Source: Azolla caroliniana
Taxonomy: Eukaryota > Plantae > Polypodiophyta
Assembly (NCBI GenBank): GCA_043228905.1
Contig: JBHGNT010001109.1
Coordinates: forward strand, 1-11,995
Direction of reading: 5' to 3'
DNA: 11,995 nt
Below are positions 1-8,600 of the stretch, one piece after another; the first letter of the stretch is position 1; each line of letters starts with the position of its first letter. A program made the position numbers and the translations under genes. The notes beneath the pieces are model-generated. The model was not told the DNA's origin. It ran no database searches and saw only the letters and a program-made list of their open reading frames with translations.

Positions 1-1631
1 AGACGACACTACGCACCCGATTCAACACATCGGCAATGTCCCATTCGGAAAAGAAGGTAAGCAAAATTACATTAAAAATGTATTGCATGTACCAACCATT
101 ACGAAGAATTTGTTCTTCGTTAGCCAAATTGTAGAGCAAGGGATGCAAGTTCGATTTAATCAAGGCGGTTGCTTCATCGAAAAAGAGGGCCGACTCATCG
201 CATGCGGACGAAGAGAGGGCTGGATATTCATTCTTGATTCACGCGAGATGAAATCCGCCATGTTCGCGAAAAACACGAAAGCCGACTCCGACATAAAGCT
301 ATGGCACAAGCGAATCGGCCACATCAATCTCAACAAACTCAAAGCAATGAAATCGAAAGGAGTGGTCATCGAACTCCCGACATTCAAAGAGAAGGAGATT
401 GAAGGTGTATGCGAAGTGTGCCAATTCAGCAAGCAATGCTGACACCCATTTCCGAAGGAGCGGAATGTGAGCAAAAGGCGTACTCAACGTAATTCATTCC
501 GATGTATGGGGTCCGGCTAAACGACGACATTCGGCGAATGCCGATAAACGTCACACTTGGATCTACCCGATGCGGCAAAAGAGCGAAGTGTTTGGACACT
601 TCCAAAATTTCAAGAATGAAGTCAAGAAAGCCACGGGCCGACATGTATGATGCCTTCGATCGGATGGTGGCAAGGAGTACTTCTGGGACGATTTCACGAC
701 ATATCTCCGAAAGGAAGGAATTCGGTGAGAATTCACTTGCCGACACACTCCGCAACAAAACGGAGTAGCCGAGCGCAAAAATCGGCACATCCTTGAAGTA
801 GCGCAGGCCATGATGAACGAGAACCATATGCCCAAGTCATATTGGGCCGAAGCGGCAAATACGGCCGTCTACCTAATGAACCGGTGCACAACATCCGGCG
901 TGCACGAGGTCACTCCGCACGAAAGATTCTTCGGAAAGAAGCCGAACCTATCACATGTTCGGATATTCGGCTCTATTGCATACGTGCATATCCCCGACGA
1001 GAAGCGTCAAAAGCTCGACCCGAAGTCGGAGAAATGTATCCTCGTAGGATACTCACTGGAGCAAAAGGGGTACAAGTTCTACAACCCCTCAACTCGAAAA
1101 TCTCGGGTAAGTCGAGATGTCGTCTTTGATGAGTCTGCATCCTGGTACGCACCAGAGACAACTTCGACTCCGACCCCGCTCGACCCGGAATCCACCGAAC
1201 AAGAGATAGAGGATGAAGATCACCTTACGCGCATGTTCGAAGAAAGTCCCATCACGACCCGACTGAGTGGACCACAAGAGCCTTTGAGTGATCAAAGCAC
1301 ATCACGGCCTAGCCCGAAGATGGACAAAGGCAAGGCGAAAATGGCGGAATATGAAGACGATCGCTTCGACGACGATGGATCGACTCACTCACTTGACAGT
1401 GAGTTCAGTGGTTTCAAGGTACCAATCGGAGCTAAGAAAGCCCTCATCTCTACAAATGAAAAACTCCGCTGATCCACCCGTGAAAAGAACCTCGTAAGCC
1501 GATTTGGCTACAACGATTATATGGCGTACCATTACGCCTTTATGATGAAGGTAGCGACAGTACGGGAGCCGGAAACCTTTTCGGAAGCCGCGACGGACCC
1601 GCGATGGATCGAAGCAATGAACGAGGAGATG
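1..1631 (+). mobile_element. Outer Ty1/Copia LTR retrotransposon, partial (5' part upstream of window; interrupted at 1631/1632 by the Gypsy insertion)
   Basis: Copia domain order PR-IN-RT in the translated fragments. The reading stops abruptly at WIEAMNEEM, where a TGTCA LTR begins. Confidence 0.93.
2..1631 (+). pseudogene. pol: Degenerate Copia pol: protease C-terminus, GAG-pre-integrase/HHCC, integrase core, first residues of RT
   Basis: Motifs VLHVPTITKNL, LWHKRIGH..CEVC, IHSDVWGP, LRSDGGKEY, TPQQNGVAERKNR, YWAEAANTAVYLMNR, LVGYSLEQKGY and EPETFSEA..WIEAMNEEM. In-frame TGA stops at 440, 726 and 1470, several frameshifts, and apparent loss of the YVTFIDD segment near 546. Confidence 0.92.
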
Positions 1632-1872
1632 TGTCAGGAACAGTACGAAGATAGAGAAGGAATTAGTACTAAAAGAAGTATTAGTACTATGAGAGGTGAA
1701 GAACTCTCGAGAGAAGGAAAGAGTGAGTGAGAGGGAGGGAGAGAGAGATCGAGAGAGAGAGAGAGAGTGATGATAAGAAGAGATATATATTATATGAAGA
1801 AAATGTACAATAGCTAGGAGGCTTAAGACTGACGTTGAACCGATTTGGTTCGAAATAATGCCTTGTGCCTCC

Positions 1873-1879
1873 TTTTATA
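1873..1879 (-). promoter_or_regulatory. Putative TATA box of the Gypsy LTR (copy in the 5' LTR at 11828-11834)
   Basis: CTATAAAAGG on the minus strand, 33 nt upstream of the PBS-complementary 12-mer. Confidence 0.7.
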
Positions 1880-1889
1880 GTGTTCTACG

Positions 1890-1922
1890 GAATACTCCTG
1901 AAGTTTCTAGAACGTTCCAGAG
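1890..1922. promoter_or_regulatory. Heat-shock element array (nGAAn/nTTCn) in Gypsy U3; copy at 11845-11877
   Basis: GAAtaCTCctGAAgtTTCtaGAAcgTTCcaGAG: seven in-register pentamers, four of them consecutive and perfect. Confidence 0.65.
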
Positions 1923-1993
1923 AAATCTGGAATATACATCAATTTTCTATAACAAAACATAAATGAAAATAATATTCTACGTATTACAATGTA

Positions 1994-2048
1994 TAGTCTA
2001 ATGGTCAAGAGCTCGACCCATGTAGCATAAGGTCATGGGTTCGAGTCT
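1994..2048 (+). promoter_or_regulatory. tRNA-type Pol III A-box/B-box-like module inside the Gypsy LTR, antisense to the element
   Basis: TAGTCTAATGG (1994-2004) and GGTTCGAGTCT (2038-2048) start 44 nt apart, as in tRNA positions 8 and 52. There is no intact cloverleaf. Confidence 0.5.
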
Positions 2049-2063
2049 TGCCATATCATGACA

Positions 2064-2076
2064 CTATCCCCCCTTT
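2064..2076 (-). other. Polypurine tract of the Gypsy element
   Basis: Minus strand AAAGGGGGGATAG immediately precedes TGTCATGA of the 3' LTR. Confidence 0.88.
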
Positions 2077-2133
2077 AAAACGACGAGTGTAACGAGTCGT
2101 TTTGGATTGAGGACCCGGTTTGTCTAGATATTG

Positions 2134-2283
2134 CCAATGGAAGTCTTCAAGAAGAGCACGAGCATCGGTGACATTCTCTATCGGTTCCCAAGTACGCTCG
2201 CTAGGAGTATATCCTAGCCAATCGACTAGATAGTAGAGCTTGTTGCGAACAAGCTTGGAATCAAGGATGGCGGCAACCTCGTA
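2134..2283 (-). other. Chromodomain at the integrase C-terminus (group I type, aromatic cage retained)
   Basis: YEVAAILDSKLVRNKLYYLVDWLGYTPSERTWEPIENV in ORF 2056..2382. Confidence 0.9.
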
Positions 2284-4866
2284 CTCAGGTCCATCTTCAA
2301 GCTCGATCGGGGGTGGAGGCTGTGTAATACGTCTTGGGATGGTGCTCTCTTGATAGGGTTCAAGGAGAGAACTATGAAACACCGGATGTATCCGAAGTTG
2401 TGGAGGTAGATCAAGATGAAAAGCGACATCATTAATCTTTCCTATGATACGGAAGGGACCTAATCACCGATAATCCAACTTCTCGCATGGGCGAGTAGTC
2501 TTGATGTGTCGTCGGAGTAGCCATACCCGATCTCCAATGTTAAAACTAGATGGGAGTCGATGACGATCCGCATAAACCTTGTGTGCTTCTTGAGCTTGTT
2601 GGAGATGAGTAGATAAATCCGCTTGTATCTTGCGTAACCTCTCCAAATGATCCTCTGCGCAAGGATTTGTGGACACCTCTGGGGTTTCAAGTACACACCA
2701 CCGGGGGTGACATTCCGTATAAGCATAAAATGGCGTAACTTTAGTGGATGCGTGGATAGAGTTGTTATAGGCAAATTCGGCGAAGTGGAGAATATCTGCC
2801 CAGTTATCCTGATGATAGCTGAGAAAGCACCGCAGATACTACTCCAGCGTTTGATTGGTTCGTTTGGCTTGGCCGTCGGTTTGTGGGTGGTAGCCGGAGG
2901 AGAGGTTACAAGTGACCTTGAGCATGTTAAAAAGGTGCTTCCAGAATTTTGACACGAAATGGGGTCCACGGTCGCTGATGATACTATCGGGAAGTCCATG
3001 ATGCCGACATACTTCACGCATGACAATTTCGGTAGTGTCTTCACTGGAGATCTCCTTAGTACATGGCAAGAAATGAGCCATCTTCGTATATCGATCGACC
3101 ACCGTTAGAATCGCATTGAACCCCTTAGAGACTGGAAGATCTGTGATGAAGTCTAGAGCAATGGATTGCCACAACTTGCTTGGAATTGGTAACGGTTCTA
3201 ATAAACCATATGGATGATGCCTCGGCATTTTCGCTCTACAGCATGTATCACAAGTCCGAACAAAATCTTCGACAAATAGTCGCATACAGGGCCACCAGAA
3301 TGATCGTTGTATTAAATGTAGCGTTTTAGTACTACGAAAATGCCTAGCTGTATATTTGTCATGACAGTTTTGTACTACTTGAAGGCGGCAAGAACCATTA
3401 GGAACATACAAAAGTTCTTTAAAGAAGAGTAATCCATCATGGTATTTGAATTGCCGATAGTCTGTACCTGGTGGTTGCGATTGTGAACACGACGCTCGAG
3501 AGGGATCAATTTGTGCTAGTATAGCTTGGGCGAACGCATCTGTCTTCAAGTCTTCGCGTATGGTATCGATAACGCGGGAATCCATGGGCATGTCAAAGAT
3601 CTGTGTTGCTTGTAGGCGTGCCGGTCCCAAGATGACTTGTTTTTGGTTATCGAAAGTTGGCTCGCCGGGACGGGGTGCTAGATACGAACGCCGTGATAAT
3701 GCATCTGCCTTCCCTTGGTGCTTCCCCGGATGATATGTAATTTTGAAGTCGAAACGCGTGAGGAAGTGGGCCCACCGAGCTTGACTTCGATTCAACACAC
3801 GAGCATCCTGAAAGTAGGCAAGGTTCTTGTGGTCACTAAATACGGTGACCGGATGAGAGGATCCCTCCAGAAAATGCCTCCATTGCATAAAAGAATCCAC
3901 TATTGCCAATAGCTCCTTATCATGAATTTCGTAGTTGATTTCGGCGGCGTCAAACTTGCGTGAGTGAAAAGCCACAGGATGTAGCTTCTCATCATTCCCC
4001 TGTTGTGACAGAATGCTCCCCAATGCAAAATCCGATGCATCAACTTCGATAATGAATGGTTTTCCCGGATCGACATGAGCTAGAATTGGAGCTGATGTAA
4101 ATGCCTTTTTAAGACTCTCGAAAGTCATGTCCGTTCCTTCAGACCAGATGAACGATTGTCCCTTCCTGGTAAGTTGTGTGAGAGGTAGAACGATCTTTGA
4201 GTAATCTTGTATGAACTTCCGGTAAAAATTGGCAAAGCCTAGGAAGCATTGCACATCCCGCACCGAATGCGGAGTCTGCCATTCTACCACTGTTTTGACC
4301 TTAGCTGGGTCCATGGAGATGCCTTCTGACGAAATGATGTAGTCAAGAAATTCCACTTGGTTGCACCTGAAACTACATTTTTCCAGCTTTGCATACAGAC
4401 CATGTTCTCGAAGTCGTTTTAGTACTAATAGTACATGAGAATCATGTTCTTCTTGGGTCTTTGAATAAACCAGTAGATCATCCAAATAGATCCAACAATC
4501 ATCCAATAGATCTCGGAATATATCATTAGGCATGTGCTGGAAGACTGTCGGCGCATTACTGAGGCCGAACGGCATGACCGTATACTCAAAGTGCCCATAT
4601 CTGGTGCGAAACGCGGTCTTCCATTCGTCTCCTGGTCAGATCCGTACGAGGTTATATGCTTCCCCGTAAGTCGATCTTCGTGAAGAACCTGGCACCATTG
4701 ATCCGTTCTAAAAGACTTGAGATAAGGGGAAGAGCATACCTATTCCTGATTGTAACCTTATTCAGGCCACGGTAATCTACAATGAGACGAGGCGATCCAT
4801 CCTTTTTCTTGACGAAGAAAATGGGCGCGCCGGCTGGAGATTTCGAATGCCGAATGAAACCATTTT

Positions 4867-4871
4867 CCAAA
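4867..4871. repeat. 5-bp target-site duplication CCAAA (second copy 9605-9609)
   Basis: CCAAA|TGTTGGG ... CTCTAACA|CCAAA. Removing the insert and one TSD restores Gypsy RT ...[14 protein letters not shown]. Confidence 0.97.
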
Positions 4872-4920
4872 TGTTGGGATTACGGTCCCTCCAGATGGGA
4901 TGGTCGGATGTCCGGGAATT

Positions 4921-5127
4921 GGATGATGAATACCCCGGCTACGGAGCCGGATGATGAAGACCCCGGTTACGGAGCCGGATGCTGAAGACCCCGACTACGG
5001 AGCCGGATGCTGAAGACCCCCGACTACGGAGCCGGATGCTGAAGACTCCGGCTACGGAGCCGGATGATGAAGACCCCGGCTACGGAGCCGGATGCTGAAG
5101 ACCCCGGTTACGGAGCCGGATGACGAA
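4921..5127 (+). repeat. Tandem array of 7 x 28 bp plus a partial unit in U3 (GGATGMTGAAGACCCCGGCTACGGAGCC)
   Basis: Units start at 4921, 4949, 4977, 5005 (29 bp), 5034, 5062 and 5090. Confidence 0.95.
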
Positions 5128-5226
5128 TGTACCCGGAGAGAGATCCGGATGCGGGGACATATTTGTGAATATGTTTGCCAAGAGCCCTTGAGGCTATATT
5201 TGTAAATAGCCCGAAAGTCATATGTG

Positions 5227-5234
5227 TATAAATA
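5227..5234 (+). promoter_or_regulatory. Putative TATA box of the inner Copia LTR (copy 9234-9241)
   Basis: TATAAATA downstream of the U3 repeat array. Confidence 0.6.
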
Positions 5235-5600
5235 TGACTTAGGGCAAACAGTTTTTGTTGTTGCTCATTTTCTGTTTTCCACTTAGAGGGAGCGAAGTGA
5301 GAGCAGCCGAGAGAGAGAGAGAGAGAAAGGAAGAGGTCGACGCCTCTGTGTAATACCGCTGCCTGTGGCGAGGACAACGAGCTCAAGGTCGTCGCCTTGC
5401 AGCTCGCCATTGTACATTCCCTGCGTATAGTGATAGTTGGAGTCTTGCACTCCCGTGGTTTTTCCCGTTTAGGGTTTTCCACGCTAAACCCTGTGCATTC
5501 GAGTCTCTCTCTGTGTTTTGGATTTACTGCTGCACTGACTCGTGTTTCCTCGGTTGTGGCCGAGAGGTGAAGGTTTGAAACCGTCGATTCTCTATCAACT

Positions 5601-5612
5601 TGGTATCAGAGC
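5601..5612 (+). other. Primer-binding site for initiator tRNA-Met
   Basis: TGGTATCAGAGC, 3 nt after the 5' LTR; the canonical plant Copia PBS. Confidence 0.95.
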
Positions 5613-5628
5613 ACGGTTAACACAGAAA

Positions 5629-8600
5629 ATGGAAGGCGGCGGTAGTGGGCCTCCGGGCATGATGGTGTTGAACTCACAGAACTACGCCGACTGGAAGATA
5701 AAGATGGAAGACCTTCTCATCGTCCGAGACCTGTACGAACCGATCGACAATGCCGAGATACCCAAGGGGGTAATAGAGTCGGAGTGGAAGCTCCTGAACC
5801 GGAAAGCCGTAGCGACGATCCGGCAATATGTAGATGTAAGTGTTCTGCAACATGTGGCGAACGACACCAACGCATATGAGATGTGGAAGAAGCTGTCGGG
5901 CCTCTACGAGAGGAAGAATGCGTTGAACCGGACCTCCCTGATGAGGAAGATAGTGAACCTCAAGTACCGGGACGGCGAGAATATGGTGGAACACGTGAGC
6001 ATGTTCATGGGATTCGTGAACCAGCTTGCGGCGATCAAGTTCCCGTTGGAGGATGCAATGCAAGCCATCATCCTGATGTGTACATTGCCAAAAAGCTGGG
6101 AGAACTTGGTGGTGACTCTCAGCACCTCCTGCACCGAAGATAACTTGCCGGAAAGCTGGGAGAAGGGGATGAAGAGGCTTGCCGATGACAACCTTATTCC
6201 AGTGAAGCATGTGCACCTGGAGAAGTGCACCGATTGCCTGGCCGGTAAACAGAACCGAACCTCCTTCCACTCAAGGCCACCGACGAGACGTAGTGTACCA
6301 TTGGAGTTGGTACACACTGATGTGTGTCAGGTAGAAACGAAGTCACATGGCGGAGCCCAGTACTTCGTAACATTCATAGATGACCATAGCCGGAAGCTGT
6401 GGACGGCACCGTTGAAGACAAAGGACCAAGTATTGTCCGTCTTCAAAGAACTCCACGCGAGAGTGGAAAGAGAATCCGGCAAGAAGCTGAAAGCGATACG
6501 AGCGGATAACGGAGGGGAATACCGGGGGCAGTTCACAGAGTACTGTCGCTCGAAGGGAATCTGGCTCGAGTTTACTGTGCCGAAGACGCCGGAACTGAAC
6601 GGGCTGGCCGAGAGGATGAACCGGACCATAATGGAGAGGGTCCGGAGTATGCTAGCACATGCGAAATTACCCAAGGGATTTTGGGCTGAGGCAATGTCGA
6701 CGGCGACGTATGTGATAAATAGATCACCCTCAGTACCTTTGGACGGAGACACGCCGCAGAAAGTGTGGACCGGTAAGGAAGTGTCCTACCGGCATCTGAA
6801 GGTGTTCGGGTGTCTCGCATACGTGCATGTGGCAAAGGACCGGAGAGGAAAGTTAGATCCAAAGACCCGGCCATGCATATTCCTCGGTTACGGCGACGAC
6901 GAGTTCGGCTACCGAGTATGGGACCCGGTCGACAAGAAGATATTCAGGAGTCGAGATATCATCTTCATGGAGGACAAGATACTCGCCGACGGGGAGTCAG
7001 AGAAGAAGATGAAGAGCTCCAAGTCGACCGGTGAGGATCAACTCTACGAAGAGCAGTCCCGACCGGCAAGGGACCGGTTAGCACTCGAGGATCCGGCCGA
7101 AGACGGTGAAGAAACAGAACCAGCCGAGGAAGATGAAACTGATACCGGAACCGGCCCCGATCCCGAAATGGATTTGGATGAAGAGGAAACGGAGGAGCCG
7201 GTTACCGAAGCTCCGGAACGGAGATATCCTCTAAGAGAGAGAAGGGGCCCCCGGAGATTTCCGGAACCAGAGCACGTGCTGCTAACCGACGAGGGGGAGC
7301 CGGAGAGCTTTGAAGAAGCAAAACTTGACACCCATAGCCGCAGGTGGTTAAGTGCCATGCAGGAGGAGATGGATTCCCTGCATGAGAACCACACATATGA
7401 ACTTGTGGAGTTGCCGAAAGGAAAGCAGGCACTTCGAAACAAGTGGGTGTTCAAGCTGAAACCGGGAGATGCCGGAAACCCCCCGAGATACAAAGCCAGG
7501 ATCGTGGTGAAGGGGTTCCAGCAGAAGAAGGGCGTCGACTTCGACGAGATATTTGCCCCGGTAGTGAAAATGACCTCCATCCGGACGGTGCTGAGCATAG
7601 CGGCAAGCATGGACCTCGAGGTAGAACAGATGGACGTGAAGACGGCATTCCTTCACGGTGACCTCAAAGAAGAGATCTACATGCAGCAACCGGAAGGATT
7701 CGAGAAGAAAGGGAAGGAGCACCTGGTATGCCGGTTGAAGAAGAGCCTTTACGGACTGAAGCAGGCTCCCCGGCAATGGTACCGGAAGTTCGACTCTTTC
7801 ATGACCAACGAAGGGTACCACAAAACGCAGTCCGATCACTGCGTGTTTGTAAAGAAGTTCGAAGGAGGAGACTTTCTAATACTCCTCCTGTATGTGGACG
7901 ACATGTTGATCGTCGGACGGGACCAGGGCAAGATACGGATGCTGAAGAAAGCGCTTCACCGAACCTTCTCAATGAAGGACCTGGGTCCAGCGAGGCAAAT
8001 ACTAGGGATGCATATCATCCGGGACCGGAAGAAGAAGCAGTTGTGGTTGTCACAGGAGAAGTACGTGACAAAGGTGCTTCACCGGTTCAACATGTCGGAA
8101 GCAAGACCGGTCGGGTCAACCCTCCCGGCAAACTGCAAGCTGTCCAGCAAGCAAAGCCCCAAGACAAAGGCTGAGAAGGAGGACATGATGAAAGTACCAT
8201 ATGCCTCGGCCGTCGGAAGCTTGATGTACGCAATGGTGTGTACAAGACCGGACATAGGATATGCAGTCGGCGTGGTGAGCCGGTACATGAGCAATCCCGG
8301 CAAAGAGCACTGGAACGCAGCCAAGTGGATACTCCGATACCTGAAGGGCACGGCAAACGTATGCCTCCGATTCGGCTCCGGTAAGCCCGAACTCGACGGC
8401 TTTACCGATTCGGATATGTCGGCTGATGCAGATACCAGCCGGTCCACATCAGGGTATGTGATGACGTATGCAGGGGGAGCTGTTTCGTGGCAGTCGAGGC
8501 TGCAGAAGACGGTTGCGTTGTCAACCACGGAGGCGGAGTACATGGCGGCTGTTGAAGCCGGGAAGGAAATAATATGGATGAAGGACTTCATTAGAGAGCT

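Larger units (their letters stand above)
1632..2063 (-). repeat. Gypsy 3' LTR (432 bp)
   Basis: Termini TGTCAGGA...TCATGACA form an imperfect inverted repeat. Matches 11589-11995 with about 15 substitutions and one 2-bp indel in the GA tract. Confidence 0.95.
2056..4871 (-). pseudogene. pol: Gypsy pol, 3' part: RT, RNase H, integrase, GPY/F, chromodomain
   Basis: [36 protein letters not shown]; DASDFALG, YEIHDKELLAI, SDHKNL, ADALSR; CHD..H..CDTC, ALDFIT, ISDRG, GQAKRTNQ (catalytic E reads K); LGPF, HPVFH. Frameshift near 4660 and several stops. Confidence 0.95.
4872..5597 (+). repeat. Inner Copia 5' LTR (726 bp)
   Basis: TGTTGG...TATCA; about 9 substitutions and no indels versus 8879-9604. 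Confidence 0.96.

Noticed and set aside
1663-1689. Two TAGTACTA palindromes near the Gypsy U5 end
   Set aside because: Short and AT-rich, and the same 8-mer also occurs within the coding region; no supportable function.
1521-1730. 69-aa ORF as a separate gene
   Set aside because: Chimera of Copia pol (to EEM) reading into the Gypsy LTR.
1715-1795. GA and TA microsatellite-like tracts (also about 5308-5325 and the other LTR copies)
   Set aside because: Ordinary low-complexity LTR sequence.
1987-2059. Functional tRNA gene
   Set aside because: Acceptor and anticodon stems do not pair and the T-stem is weak. Kept only as a Pol III box-like module.
4921-5127. CRISPR-like array of 28-bp palindromic repeats
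   Set aside because: Units are head to tail with no unique spacers, there are no cas genes, and the array lies inside eukaryotic LTRs.
5108-5482. Antisense ORF in the Copia LTR (also 9115..9675)
   Set aside because: Non-ATG start, runs through a GA microsatellite (LSLSLSL), has no domain, and is repeated only because the LTRs are.
5593-5597. 5' LTR ends TATCA whereas the 3' LTR ends TAACA
   Set aside because: A single substitution consistent with the other LTR differences; both LTRs are 726 bp.
5542-5628. N-terminal extension of the 1108-aa ORF
   Set aside because: Begins at a GTG inside the LTR and crosses the PBS. The ATG at 5629 is the plausible start.
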